DNA of 64,000 nucleotides, from assembly GCA_030704615.1 (NCBI GenBank), contig CM060733.1:48050001-48114000 (forward strand), in the 5' to 3' direction. The position numbers and the translations under genes were made by a program. The notes under the pieces were generated by a model. The model searched no databases. It saw only the letters and a program-made list of their open reading frames with translations, and was not told the origin of the DNA. Shown here piece after piece: positions 47,981-61,900 of the stretch. This DNA is from Takakia lepidozioides. Taxonomy: Eukaryota; Plantae; Bryophyta. How positions within the stretch are numbered: the first letter of the stretch is position 1; the number at the start of each line of letters is the position of its first letter.

Positions 47981-50900
47981 GTTCTCTCTCTCTCCCCTCT
48001 GCTCTTCAATGTTTTCATCAATCAACTCCTCGAGGATGTGGAAAGTGAGGGATTTGGGTTAAGGGTGGGTGATACCACCATACCAGCCCTTATGTTTGCG
48101 GATGACTTCGCAGGCATAGGGGAGACTCCAACCAATCTCCAGGAGTTGATTGATTGCGCGAAGAGATACTTTGATCTTTGGGGGCTAGAGGCTAATGTCA
48201 GCAAATGTGCAGTGGTAGCATTCAACGACAGAGGAGAGGGAGGAAGTGATCTTAAGTGGCAGTGGGGTAGCCAAGAGATCCCGGTCCTCCCTTCCTACAC
48301 TTACCTGGGCGTTGAGTTTTCCTCCAATAGTAATTGGGATGCACATATCCGGAAAGTTGTTCAAACTGGCAAGGGCAAAGCTCTGGGGCTCACTAAATTT
48401 TTCCACTGCAGAGGGGTCAACTCTGAGGTTAAGAAAACCATGCTTTGTCGCGTTATTAGACCTGCCTTGGAGTACGGATCTGCTATATGGGTTGATAACT
48501 CCAACCAGGCTAAGTCTCTAGAATCCATTCAAGTGGGGGTGCTTAAGGAGTGTATGTCAGCATGCTCCAAAACAGCCAATGTGGCTGTTCGGGGTGGGTT
48601 TGGCATTCCGTCCTTAAGCTCCCGACGAGATGAATTCAAGGTCAGATGGTGGGGTCAGCTGCAACATATGCCCAACACCAGATATCCTAAGTTAATCGAC
48701 TCTATATCTTGGAAACAGGACCGCCCTGTCAAACAGGCCAAGTCCTGGCAGAAGAGAGTAGAAGAGATTCTCAAGGACCCGGACCTGGAACCGCAAGTCT
48801 TGACCCTGCTGGATAAATCTGACTTAGAGGCTGTAGTGTCCAAAGCCATGTCTGTTGCCATGAGATTGTCTGATGAAAATGAAGTTAGGCAGAAAACTTC
48901 CCTGAACTTGTTTCCAGTCAGTGACATGGGGGAGGACATCTTGGATGACCTCAAGGGTCTACCCACTCTTGCACTAGACTGAAATTTAAAACTCAGGGCA
49001 GGAAGCCTACCTTTGAACAGCAAACAGAAGCAGAGAGGAAAGGGAGAGTGCAATTGCCCGTTGTGTGGGCAATCTGAAGACAGTATTCATTTTCTGATAC
49101 ACTGTCCGGGGTTCTCTCACCAAAGAGACGCTCTCTTCAACTCTATCAAGGGAATTGTGCCTGTACCCCTGTTTACCAACTTTGAAAGTCTCGAGGCTGA
49201 GCCAAAAGCCCAGGCCCTCCTGAGGCCTAGTTTTGGGCAAATCACACACAGCAGATTGATGCTTGTGTGAAGGGATTTCTAGAGGATATCTGGAAAACCC
49301 GGATTAATTCTTTATATGAAGGTAAGTCTTACTACCAACGACAGCCCCTGACAGAGGTAGGTTCTGTTCCTTTTGTTCCCGCTCAAACTGGGCGCGGGGT
49401 CAATGGCCACAAGGCTACGGCAAAGAACGTCTTATGAGTACAATCTCTCTCTCTCTGATGTTCCGTTCAAACTGGACGCGGGTCAATGGCCACAAGGCTA
49501 CGGCAAACAATGTCTTATGAATACAATCTCTTTCTCTCTGATGAGAATGAAGTTAGGCCTAAAACTTCCCTGGAACTTGTTTCCAGTCTGTGACATGGGC
49601 GAGGACCTTAAGGATGATCTCAAGAGGAACATCAAGAACATGGTTCCTGCACCTCTGTTCACCAACTTTCAAAATCTCAACTGAGCCTAAAAGCCCTGGC
49701 CTTGCTGGGGGTCTAACTTTTTGGCTGCTTACACACGGCAGATTGATGCTTGTGTGAAGGGCTTGTACAGGATATCTGGAAAGCCCAAACTAATGGTTTA
49801 TGTCAAGGTAAGTCACTACTGGAGTGCCCCTCACAAAAGTAGTGCTAATTCCCTATCTTTCCGTCCAAACTGGGCATGGGATCTGTGGCCACAAGGCTAT
49901 GGCAAACGTAAGTCTTATGAGTGCATCCTCTCTCTCTCTTAGTGGCAGTTGTGGGAAAAATAAGTTTATACCTGCAGCTGAGCCGCGGGATTAGGTAAAT
50001 CCTCGTGGGTGTAAACCAAACAAAAGGTTCCAGGAGGGCTAGTTTCCTACAGGGTTGATAGCTGTAAGGCTATGGCAAGCCAATGTTCGACCCCCAATAT
50101 TCTCTCTTTTCTTCCCAAACTGGCGCAGGGTCTATTGCCACAATTCTATGGTAAACACTGTTTAATGGGTACATTCTCTCTCTCTCTCTCTCTCTCTCAG
50201 ATCTGAGGACGATCCCAAGCTGCTATATTTCTATCATTTGCAGTAGACATTTGTTTCCTGAGCTGTTTGTAAGAGTGAAAGGGAGGAACGGTAGATATGT
50301 TGTCACTTTAGTTGAAAGGTGCTGTCGTTTTGGGTAAGGTTATGTTCTGCAACATGCTCCAAAGACGGCTGCCAATGGAGGCAGTTCTTGACGTTATCAC
50401 TTTACACCCAGGGGAGGTCCATTCAAACATGGTACAGCTCTACCCTCTTCTCTGCTGTCAACTCCTTGATCTTTTGCATCTTTGGCTCGAAAGGGAATCT
50501 TCTTGTGTCTAACTGAAGATTGAAGGAATTTCTCCAGATCTTTTGCAGTGAAAATGGAGTGGAGTTTTCTTATTAGTGAGAAACGTGAATGATCTGTGTG
50601 GTTGTACCTATTTTTTCACTCCAGATGAATTGTGGGTGTGTATTGCAGACACGGGACTTGCCTACCTTCGTGCAGAGGGCCAAAGACCAGCTATTTTTTC
50701 TCTTCACCGCACCAGAAGGTGCCACCTCTCAATCTCAAGATCTTCAAAATATCATTTTACAATCTTGGGGGGCTTGTCACACACTTGGAATTGATGTCCT
50801 AGTGTTTCCACATTTGAGCCTCAGGAGATCACATTGTTGACTGTGACAATGGAGACAACTGCTTTTATTTCACTGTGTGCACAGAAGTATGCATTCAGAC

Positions 50901-51557
50901 TTTGATAGTGGCATTTATTGTCGTGTTCTGTGCCCTATCCTAATGCTTGACAGATATATGCCACAGTTGTTTTCCTCACATTCTTTTGCAGAACTAGAGA
51001 ATGGTGCCTCCTCATGTGTACTAGGCTTTGAGTGACAGCAATACTTGGAAAGAATATGTATTCTTTGGGCCCAGCCTGGGCAAAGCAAGACCAGCCCAAT
51101 CTAACCGTTTGAGATTAACAACTCATAAGTGTAGTCCTATCATATGACAGGGCTGGACAAATAAGACTTGGGTGATGGGCATGGTGGGCTTTTGACAGGT
51201 GCAAGGAGTGTACTGTTTTGTGCCACAGACCGCCAAGTTCAGAACTACGCACGCACACTTCGAAGTCTCGGTTACCATGTGGCCCCATACTTTTCGTCCG
51301 ACTGTAAGCCCAGGGCTATGGCCCGGCAGGTACAGGACATTGAGAAGGCCCAAAAGGTTTGGCAAGAAACCTTGAAGCTGGTAGGGCTACCCCAGGATTG
51401 TATTGAACAAATCCTTGCAGGCCCTGAACCAGTTGAAGCCACAGAGCCAATTGAAGTCATCAAACCGCTGGAAGTTTATGATTCTTTTGCTGATGATGGA
51501 AATGAGGGAGCTGTTGATTTTTTAAGTGAGGATCCAACTGATTTGGCAGCTCAATAG
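44911..51557 (+). CDS. FEY: Short-chain dehydrogenase/reductase, FOREVER YOUNG-like; 8 exons
   Basis: Exons 44911-45089, 45965-46082, 46693-46810, 47102-47238, 47725-47826, 50339-50431, 50649-50718 and 51199-51557, all GT-AG and phase-compatible. Motifs TGATSGIG, LINNAG, MQVNHLAPALL, YSDSK (YxxxK), GARSVLFCATD. Confidence 0.9.
48000..49457 (+). mobile_element. 5'-truncated LINE (RTE-X/CR1-like RT C-terminus plus CCHC finger) in SDR intron 5
   Basis: ALMFADD, YTYLGV, IRPALEYGSAIW, then CPLCGQSEDSIHFLIHCP; preceded by (TC)n at 47946-47995 and ending in (TC)n. Confidence 0.88.
49458..50198 (+). mobile_element. Stack of short 3'-end copies of the same LINE family
   Basis: The tail caaactgg...ggccacaaggcta(c/t)ggcaaa...(TC)n recurs, ending at ~49539, ~49938, ~50108 and ~50198. 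49539-49938 also repeats body sequence of the longer copy. Confidence 0.8.
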
Positions 51558-53442
51558 GATATCTGAGCCCTAGCACCTGACATTGGAATGTGTTGGGCGT
51601 GCCTTGTTTTAATGCTACAACACTGGATGGACTCACTTGTCTGTGTGCTGTCTAAAGTTCCATAGCTCCTATGCAATCCTGGGACCATGGAATCTTCTTC
51701 TTCAATATGGTTGGCACTTTTGCCAACAAGGTTGTCACTGACAGTGTCTATATGGACATGTGAGGTCAAGATTCCTTATGCTAATCCAAATAGATGATAA
51801 GGCAGCTCCAGTAGGCTGCTATGGTAGAGTGAAACGTTGCAATGACTCAAAATCAGTAACATCCCTGATTCGTATTGATTGCTGTTCTACACATCTGCAA
51901 TAACACTGAGAGGGGAAGCACCAGGCAGAGGGGGTTCTGCCCCTGGAAGATGAGTGTCTGGGTGGGGTGGAACCCTTAGACCCCGAGCCGTCCCTGATTT
52001 GATGTCACTTGAACTGTGGCTAAGGTGGAAATGAAGTTGGAGCCACCTCCCAGAGAGTTGCATGGTGTGCCGCATACTGCAGTACAAGCAAATTCCTTCC
52101 CAGGAGTGGCTCCAAAGTAAAAAGGGAGAGACCACCTTACCTTCATCAATGAGTGGAATAAGGGTATGAGGGTGGTCTAACCGAATTGTATTCCAGGAAC
52201 AAGGTTCCTTCCCTCACATGCCAACTGCTCAAACAGCCCCTTGGTTTCATTGATGGTGCACCATCAATGCTCTGCAAAGATGATGGTGCAGTGTAAGCAA
52301 AAGGCAGCTATCGAAAGCAACAGATTCAAACACCAAAAACCAGTATCCTCTTTCTTTCTCTCCATTGTCTCTAACTGTGCAATTTGAAAATCTGGAAGAC
52401 TGGCACACTCCAACGTCATGTCCTCATTGACGCCCCGCAATCCAGTGGAGGGCACAGCAATGCTGCTCTTGTAGTTACAAGGAAATGTTTGGCAAACGTC
52501 TCTCTATGGGCCGGCCGCACCAGCTGTTACCTAGCAGCCCTACTAAGGTGCTAAAAAAAATAGGTCTGCTAGGTCTGCTAGGGCATGTTAGGTGTTTTGG
52601 TAACGAGCAGCCGCACCAACAGTTAGCGTAGCTACGTGTAGCTAATGTTAAAGGTGATATGGTTTGCCCCAAGTGTCCGTGCAGGATTTCCCGTGAGCCT
52701 GAAGTGTCGCGCAGCTCTTCTGTCATGTGGCCAATGCATTCAAGAGCTCCTCCTGATCCTTCTTTCTCATTTTGGCAGTCTTTGGATTGTCAGCTTTCTG
52801 CCTGATCAGTGAGTTACACATAGAGATTTGGCCGCCAGCATACACAGTAAATAGAGAGGTATTCCACGGTGCCAATTGTCAACATAGAAATAAAAGCAAC
52901 ATGCGCAAGTCTGTCCCTGTTCTTTAGCTTTTTGATCAGTAAAGAATCATGATTAGCTTCTCCGTATTGGTAATATACTTTCAGTGTTACGAACTGACAT
53001 TTTATGGTACTTTGCACCGCGAAGTGTGCATGTAACAGACCAACAAGCAGAAACAATGTACAACTTGGGGGTTCCAAAGTATCTTGCCTGTTGTCAATGC
53101 ATAATCCCACTGTAACAAAATGGCATTGTAAAGTTAGAACACAGCCTAGGTTGTCATTAACATGGATGCTACATCAGTACTTCCGAAAACATGGACTTGA
53201 ATGCCAATGCAAAGTGGAGACTAGAACCCTACTCAATGGGCAGTTATAGATCAAAGTGCACAACTTGTGCATGAAAACCATAAACACTGGTCTACAAAGA
53301 TTTCTGACACTGCCAATAAGAACATGGAATTTCACTTTGTAGATTGCACTGCGAGGGCCCAAAGGAATAATACATGAGTTTACACAGAAGATACGGAGCA
53401 AGAAGCCTCAACCTTTTAGGAATCCAAACTTCCACTCATCAA

Positions 53443-54571
53443 CCTTGCATACTTTGTGTTGGTGACTAAAGGCAAACCAACCAAGGAGGTGGGTGTGTGC
53501 TGAACTGCACCCATCATGCCCATTTCTGCACATTTCCTACAACTATTTCCTATTTGGTAGAGCAGATAAATTCCTTGAACTCTTGCAATACCTTCCTGCC
53601 CTACAGGCCGACAAGTCTCTACTATGCAATAGTGTTGGGCTACTACTAAAGCTGCAAAAAGAGTGAAAAGAACAAACACAAGTCCCTCTCCCTCCACACA
53701 CCCCAGATAATTCAGAAGTCATTCCATGCTCCTTGATTTTTCAAGGAGTTCATCAGTAGTCACCCCGATATTCTTATTGGCCTGCTTCAGGGGCTGGTGA
53801 CAATACACTCCAAGTGAATCCTGCAAGTGCTTAGTAATGAGAGGGTCCAATGAATTTCCACTCAGGAGTAACACAAAAGACCTAGCATGAAGTCATAAAC
53901 GCTTGTGTGAGGTTACACCAGCCACAAGACTGCTCATATCCCTAGCGACCACATTCAAACTATTGGTTGTGGTAAGTAGGGAGCAGGGTATTGATGGTTC
54001 AAAGAGAACAACTCTTCTTAACTGCATTAATCACTGCCAATCGGATATCAGATCGGAATTAGGCCAGTGATGCAGATTGTGGAGCTATTGACATCCATTG
54101 CTCCAAGTATAAGCAAAAACCTGTTTGTCTAGGTATGTAAACCTTGCCTGTGGTTGTGACATATAGAACTTGGCTGGTGAACAGCCGTGTTGTGTAAGTC
54201 ATGGTTTAATCTTCCACTACAGCCTGATTACTACAGCCAGTGGGGTAAACCACAGAGAGAATCAAAGGACTTTGGTTGTAGCCCACAACAGAAAGAGAAG
54301 GCTTGCTTACTTGGTACACGATTCCCAGTTTCACCTGCTTGGCAATTGCATCATCCACCTCAAAGTCACACCTCTCATTGAATTGAGTTGCCAACGGTTG
54401 CTCACATCATCTATCAAGATCCTGGTTGAGTCACAATTGTGCATTAGGATCTGGACCATGTCATACTATGAACATTGATGTGATTCATGTTGGGCAGTGT
54501 TGGGTGCAGTTCAGCACACACCCACCTCCTTGGTTGGTTTGCCTTTAGTCACCAACACAAAGTATGCAAGG
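53443..54571. repeat. Perfect 71-bp inverted repeat pair, 987 bp apart
   Basis: 53443-53513 (ccttgcatac...ctgcaccca) is the exact reverse complement of 54501-54571. Confidence 0.88.
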
Positions 54572-55110
54572 AGCACTTCCGGTACCTGCAAAATGAATAC
54601 AAGTACGTCACTTTGTCCAGGGCAACATGGAGACAGATTCATCCAAAAACTTTCATGTCCTGCGAGCTGAGGGAGCCTTCAACTAAACTCTGAACTGTTC
54701 ACCAGGCCTAGAGAAGTATTTGGGTTCACCACACCACATCGAATTGCAACAAATGCATAGGCATTTGTGGGTCCTTAGGGCGAAGTGCACGAGTTCTTAA
54801 TTTATGTGCTGCAGCATTTTGGTGGGTGGGGAGATGTATTTATGAGACGTTGTTTGCAGCTGGTGACAGCTGGTGCGGCCGGGTCCTATATCATCTACTA
54901 TATCACGGCCCAGACCCTAACAACAGAGGGATAAATTACAGTATCCATGGACACATCACATTCCTGAGGGTTCACCCCGTAATGAACAAATCCTCTGTAC
55001 AGGACATTCCCTAAACAGCGTAGAAATGACTCTGCAGCTTGAACAGTGTACAAATATCATGCAACTTCTCATAATGTAGATCAAAATTCTTTGAGAAGGT
55101 CTCACATACA

Positions 55111-56475
55111 TCAGTGATTCCTTTTGGACTTTTTGGGTTTTCCCCTCCTGTCTTGGCTTCTGGGGCCCCTGGCAGGGGCATGGTCATCTTCATCACCATC
55201 ACCACCCTTTCTCTTGCCCTTCTTTGTTGCATCGCGCTCTCGCATGTGCAGGGTGGCTAGTCTTTGAGCCTCACTAACTTGCTCCAATATCAAAAGGACT
55301 TCATCTTGCTCTGCGGTGAAAGCTGGCAACTTTTTGGCAATGAGATCCTCAATCTTCTGGAAGAGCTCTACGTCATATTGACACACCATTGAAATAGCAC
55401 GGCCAGATCGACCTGCTCTCGCAGTTCTTCCAACTCTATGAATGTAGTCTTTAGAGTTGGTGGGAATGTCATAATTAACTACAACATCCACAGATGGGAT
55501 GTCAAGCCCTCTACTCGCTACATCTGTGCATATGAGGATGCTTCGCTCCCCTGCCTTGAACTTGTTTAAGGCACCTAATCTCTTAGGCTGACTCATTTGT
55601 CCACTAATGGGAATAGCATCCAGTCCCAAGTTTCGCAGAATCAGAGAGAGTCTTCGGGTGGCTTCACAAGTCCGAGTGAAAACCATGGTTGTGCTGCCCG
55701 CAAGTTCATTCAGCAAATAAACAAGATAACAGTCCTTGAACTTTGCTGGTATGAAGAGATACTGTTGCTTCAGTGTGTCCACGGTGGAGTACTTGGATGA
55801 TACCTCCACCTTAGCAGGGTTTTTCAAGCATGCCCGCTGCAGTTTTGCAACCTTATTGGTCATGGTGGCAGAGAAAAGGTAGGTGTGGCGTTCCTTTGGG
55901 ACCACCTTTAATATCTCGTCGATCTCCTGCTCGAAATCCATATTCAGCAACCTATCTGCCTCATCCAGCACCAAGTACTTAATCGTCCTCAGGCTAAACC
56001 CCTTCGTATTTGAGAGATGATCCACTAACCTCCCTGGAGTTCCAACTACGATGTGGGGGCGCTTAGCAAGCGCAATGGATTGTGCCATCATATCAACGCC
56101 CCCAACCACGACCGCGCACTTAACTCCAATCCCCGATCCTATCGCCTCCAGCTGCTCTGCGATCTGGATTGCCAACTCCCTCGTCGGAGATAACACGCAG
56201 GCAAACAAAGCTTGAGGCTTCTCAAGCAGCGCTTGCAAAATGGGAATTCCAAATGCAGCTGTCTTTCCCGAACCAGTCTGGGCAAGCCCAATCATATCCT
56301 GGCCTCTCAAAGCAAGTGGGATCGCTTCCACTTGAATGGGAGTAGGAGACTTCCATCCTAAGGCACCACACGCATCTGCAATCTGCTCACACACTCCCAG
56401 CGACCTAAACGTGTGATTTTCAGCCTCGCCATCTGCTTTCTCCTCCTCCGCCGCAGCCCCTGTTGCAGACCCCAT
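55111..56475 (-). CDS. RH10: DEAD-box RNA helicase RH10 / RRP3 / DDX47 (18S rRNA processing), intronless CDS
   Basis: 454 aa with Q motif, [33 protein letters not shown] and [10 protein letters not shown]; RRP3-typical [14 protein letters not shown] and KLQRACL; basic tail. Confidence 0.93.
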   Translation of the reverse strand: MGSATGAAAEEEKADGEAENHTFRSLGVCEQIADACGALGWKSPTPIQVEAIPLALRGQDMIGLAQTGSGKTAAFGIPILQALLEKPQALFACVLSPTRELAIQIAEQLEAIGSGIGVKCAVVVGGVDMMAQSIALAKRPHIVVGTPGRLVDHLSNTKGFSLRTIKYLVLDEADRLLNMDFEQEIDEILKVVPKERHTYLFSATMTNKVAKLQRACLKNPAKVEVSSKYSTVDTLKQQYLFIPAKFKDCYLVYLLNELAGSTTMVFTRTCEATRRLSLILRNLGLDAIPISGQMSQPKRLGALNKFKAGERSILICTDVASRGLDIPSVDVVVNYDIPTNSKDYIHRVGRTARAGRSGRAISMVCQYDVELFQKIEDLIAKKLPAFTAEQDEVLLILEQVSEAQRLATLHMRERDATKKGKRKGGDGDEDDHAPARGPRSQDRRGKPKKSKRNH

Positions 56476-57330
56476 TTTCCCAACCCCACCTTCAGATTGA
56501 ACGAAAGAAAGAAACAGGGTCCTTCCTAAAGGAAACGTAAACTATCACAGAGTCTCTTCATCTCTCTCTCTCTCTCTCACAGCAAAGCTTCGCTTGCCTT
56601 CTACTTCAGCACGGCCGTCGAGCCTCCTCTTTCCTTTCTTGTACGTAAGCTTTTACACGTCACCCTCTCACATGACCGTTTCACTCCAGAACAGCACCCC
56701 GCTCCAAATTAGGGTAGACTGATCTCGTCCAAAACAGCTTATCGAGTCGCCATGTGTCATATTCACGCAACAGTATAAAACTAATAAGGCGATAAATCCT
56801 TATTCAAAGATAAAAACTAAATGGAAAATCGAGTAGGTTAGTAGTTAGTAGCATATCCGGATGGATGATCCCCATCCATCATCACCATCACAGGAATGCA
56901 TCCGTCATCGTCATCGTCATCGTCATCGGATGTTTTCATGTTTTTTATTTTTTCAAGAACAGGCGGATGTTTTAGATATTAAAGACAATTATATTCTTAT
57001 ATAGGAATTAGTTGATGGTGATAATTGACCCGTTCAAAAAGTTCAATAGGGGGGGGCCAAGCTGCCCTCGGACGATTTAATTGGCCCGATATACGAAACT
57101 TAATTGAATAACTTGGGGCAAGAACGCAAGAACTCAATTTATGTTATTTAAAATAAAATAAAAGGGGGGGACAATATGTTTAAATACTGGAAAGTGGAAA
57201 TGGCGATGGCGACCGTCGGCGAAACTGGAATACAGGAAAGCTCGCGTAGAAAGAAGCAAAGAATATAAAGTACGCGAGCGAGCAAGCGAGAGAGAGAGAG
57301 AGAGAGAGGGACGAGCGAGAGAGATACAGC
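56476..57330. promoter_or_regulatory. Probable bidirectional promoter region between RH10 and VMP1
   Basis: Divergent genes, with GA-repeat tracts pointing into each 5' UTR ((TC)n ~56559-56578; (GA)n ~57289-57308) around an AT-rich core. Confidence 0.5.
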
Positions 57331-58982
57331 GAAGTACGCAGCGCGGTGCGGATCCTGCCTTCCATCGAACAATTACTGCGTGCGCGGTGCTGGATTGCAG
57401 ATCGATTCCTGCGTCGTCCTCTTCATTTCGAGCGGCTGATTGGAGCCATGGACGTTGAAGGTGTGTGGACACTTGTCTTGGTTCTGTGCTATTAAATGGG
57501 GTTTGTGTTCGTGTGGGAAGATGAGGGTGGATTTTCTTCCCAGGGTGTTTTCTAGCATGAGACATGTTCCGACACCGTGGGACCGTGGTGCTGTGCCTGT
57601 TGAGGCGGTGCATTGTCAGCATGTCACTGAGCTGCACAGAGTGAGAGGGGTGAAGAAGGGATCCATGATTTGTCTTCGCTTCTCAGGGGAGTTTCTGATT
57701 TTTTTAATTACCTCTTTTTCAGACAGGTAGTTTGTGTGCTCTCCTGTCTCTGAGAATTGTCGCAAGTTAGTTGTACCAGTCGAGGCCTCTCCCCTATCAT
57801 CAGTCGAGCGCCTTCTCCTTTCTCTTTTTCCGATTTTGAAGGGGAATTTGGAAGATACAGAAGCACTTCAATGTGTGTTCAATAGCCATCCTGCCACTCT
57901 ATTGTTCATACATGCGACTCCACGACGTGGTTTCCATGTATTCATACCCAGCTATGCCGTTTCGAGTGAAACCAGAAATTTCCTACTGTCTCTGTGAATT
58001 GCACCTTCTACCAACTTCTTTGTCTTCGGTGAAGACATAATAACGATTGTGAAGTGGTAAAAACCTGCAGTGTATCTTGAAGATTTGGAAACCTTGCCCG
58101 AACTAGTTTTCGGGTTGAATTTTGGGATGATGGTAAATGTGCAAAGAAATAGATGCCAACCCCCTGACCTCTGTTAGCCAGCGATGCATTTTAGTTTACC
58201 TTTATTGACAAGGGAGGCTAATGATGTACCACAGTACCAGGAGTTCTTTTTAGTAGAGTGAAGGGCTCACGGGGGCCTCCAATTGGGTTTCTGAGTTGTC
58301 TGAAGGTGTAGTTAACATCACAAAAGCAAGTGGGAAGTGACTGTCGGCTGATTTAAAGGGTTGTAATTAGGTCACTTCAGCTCCTGCAAGCCAGAAATGA
58401 TGAGTGGATGTGACAGATGTTAGACAGGGAGGAAAGTCTATAGTCTATGTCTGCACATATTGGCTCCTTCATGGAGTTATATTGGTGATCTGATTTGATG
58501 CACATCCTAACATTGAGAACCTCTCTTTCCTTCCATTTTGGGCAAGTCAGACTACAACTTGTTTGATGAAAGAATGTTTAGGGTTTGAATTACCAAGAGT
58601 GTGGTTGGCGTAGGACATACAAGTAGTATCTGCCCATGTGTGCATGCTTACAAGCTGAACAAGGTCAGGCTTGATGGATAATGAGAGTGAGATTATAGAC
58701 AAAGTCACTGTCTAAGAATACAGCAATTTTTTCGTGTTTTCACCGTTACTGCAAATAGGGAAAGAAGGACAGTTGCATGGACAGACACTGACACAAACAA
58801 AGAATTGTGCACAGTGGTATGCAAGGTTGGATGTGGGGGAATGTTTAGAAAGAGGTGTTGGGTGTACAATGATGACAGTGACACTGATTTTAGGGTTCCA
58901 TTGAGACGACAGACGTGCTGATTTCCATATGCAGATGACCGACAGGATAAATAGGTGTGTCTGTTTCGGGGGTTGTTTTCAG

Positions 58983-61900
58983 AGCTGAAGAAGGACCATT
59001 TGAGGCAACGGGAGGGCTTAGTGCTAACAAAACGACCATTCATGACGTTGAAGCTGTTCATCTTAGCTGTGTTACAGCAGTTGGGCCGTCTCTGGGCTCA
59101 CATTGTCGCCCATCTATTCACGTTCATAGTTTCGTGCTTTTTTCTCACTGTTGGTATGACCACACTTGCGATTTTGGATGGACCACATGATAAGGTATTC
59201 ATCACCCTTTCTCTGCTACTATCTGTTGATTCTACTTGTAGTGAGCCAATAGGGGATCGTTCTGCTCCACTCAGCAGGTGAAAAGTTCTCAAGAGATAGG
59301 GAGGCTTTGCTGCTGTGGAGGTCTTGTGGTGGTGGGCAAGTACACAAAAGGAACATTGTTTGAGAGATCAAGGGTCTGGGGACTATCAACAATTTTCATA
59401 CAAATGAGCTCACGATGTTTGATTCTTCTGTAGTCTGTATATATCCTCCATCCTGAGAACCCACTTGTTAGCAACGTGCATATTGCGTCTAGGTGACTGA
59501 TGAACTAAAACAGGCTTGTGATATTCACGACCCGTACACAGGATCTAAACCTTCTGAAAACATGTGAACAACAATGGGGTTATTCTAAATGGCAGGAGTC
59601 GTTTGATGCTGCACTTAATGACAAGTTGAATAATTCAACATGATATTGTGACAAGTACAAAGTCCACGTGGAAAGATGGCCTAAAATTTCTGGTGTTGGG
59701 TCTTTATGAATGGCACTCACTCACGTAACATGACTACGTGCTGATGACGCAAAGATCCTGCCCAGACTGCCTCTTGAGGTTTGCATCCAGAATGATGTGT
59801 TGCAACGCCAGTATCGCCTCCTAAAGGCAAGAGCCATACAATCACTAATCTTCAACCTGAAAGATCTTAAATATAATCTGCTTGGCTTAGCTATTGTTGG
59901 TTCAACATTGATGTCGAATTTCCTGAAACCAATGCGACCAAGGAATTGAAAGAACATATACATGACGATTAGAGATAAAAGTCAGCAGAAAAATATAATG
60001 GTTTGCAGACCAGTCGGGTGTTGAATTTTTCTTCATTGCTGTCAACATCTTGGGAGCCTTCTCTGAATGCTTGGAGGATATTTATCACATGCATGGCACC
60101 CAGAGTTGTCGATTCTGTCAGCTCACTCACATGTGAATAAGTGAGTTTTACCCAGAGGAGGCCACTGGCGTTGTCGGACACCATTTAGAGCCCTTTAAAT
60201 CTTCCTTTCGCGATGAGGCCTAGGTTTCAGATCTTACTTTAAAGAGTGTGAAACATAGAAAGAGATAGCCAAGATATGGCTGAGACACACTACTTGACAG
60301 AGAACCTACAAGGCCATAGATTCAGTGCAGCTTTACCCCACTAGCAGTCATCTTTTAAATAGACAAGTAGATGCGGGCTTTTCAATATTCTTCGAAGAAG
60401 TATGAGATTGAGATCTGCTTGCCATGTGCATACCCTGCAGGGCATAGCACACAGCCACTAACCCTCTTGGAGGCAGGCGGTGGCAGGGTTTTACCCCAGG
60501 AGGGGTAATCCACTCACTGCAGAACTGCTTTGTCGCTTGCGCACAGTCACCATGGGTTCATATACAAGTTCATTCAAGGTCTGGCATTGAAAACATGATG
60601 TCCAAATCGGGTAGTGTGGCCCTCTGTCTTTAACACGGATGTAATAACGGGCCTGTGATTTCATTTGTTGACAGAATGTGCTCGTTTGGTAGGAAGGCTG
60701 TATGTTCCTTCAGGGCATAGTCTATGTGGGACGTCAACCCTGCTGGAGCCACTCGGCCTATTTCTATCCACTAGGAGGTGGCTCTGTTGGAATTGTCATA
60801 GTGTTGGCAAATATCAAAACACAATCCAGTTGCCCAGATCCTCAATATGCCAGTTGCTGGGGTTGAGCTGTACACTTTCCATTCTGTGCAAACTCTATGA
60901 TGGACTCTAAGGGCAGGCGCCATCACTCCTCCCAGAGCCAGTTGTGTAATGAGGCAGGGATGCAGTTCTCTGCTAGCCGACCTAGCGGCTAAGTTGCCAC
61001 TCGATTGACAGAGTTCAGAAAGATTAACAGGACTTCAGACCCATCTCTTCCCGTTCTCTTTCTAATAGTCTGCGCTATGTATCCCAAGAGGTTGATTTGT
61101 GTTTCCTGTTGTGCATGAGCAGTATGTGCGGGAGTCGTTGGCATACTTCCGGTTTGCACTTTGGTGGGTAGGCCTTGGGGTAGCGTCCTCCATTGGATTA
61201 GGTAATCACCCCCTCCCTTAGTTTCTTTGAGCAAGAGTGACAGTTACTGTTTATGCTATGTATTTTACTGTCATAAACTGGGGTTGACCACCATGACAAT
61301 TACAGGTTGAGTTCTGTACTCTGCTGGGTGAAAAGTTCATGAAACACCTATTAGTACGATTAGACCTATTTATTTACTTCTGGCTGCTTTTTCCGACAGT
61401 ATGACTGGTGTTATCTGTCCATCATCCATTTATTTTGTTTTGGGGCTGTATATTCATGGCAAGCTGAGTAGGTTTATCAATTGCCTTGGAAAGGTGGGCA
61501 CTCGAATCTGAGACATATGGATCAGGTCCTTCTAAGGTGAAACATATGTTAGGATCCCAGACAACCTGGTGCTGAGAGTGTGTCTCAACCTCCTGTACAT
61601 CTTTCTGTCTCGTAGGAGCATGATGGATTAAAATCTGTCCATGCAGGCTCAGGTCTGCACACATTTGTGTTGTATTTGGGACCACATATTGCTATGTTCA
61701 CAATGAGAGCAACACAGTGTGGGCGAGTGGACTTGAAGTGTGCACCCTACGATACTGCTCAGTTTGGGCTTGCATCATCATGGGCACAGAAGGATTGCGC
61801 ACAAATAGGGGAGCCTATGTACCCTCAACTTGCATCAGAGGGGATGGTGTGGTACATGGTACCTCTTCACAAGGTGTTGATGCAAGTGCAGCTGGAAGCA

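Noticed and set aside
56855-56935. Short hairpins and (CGTCAT)n in the RH10/VMP1 intergenic region as an ncRNA or MITE
   Set aside because: Low-complexity sequence explains the pairing; no boundaries or second copy.
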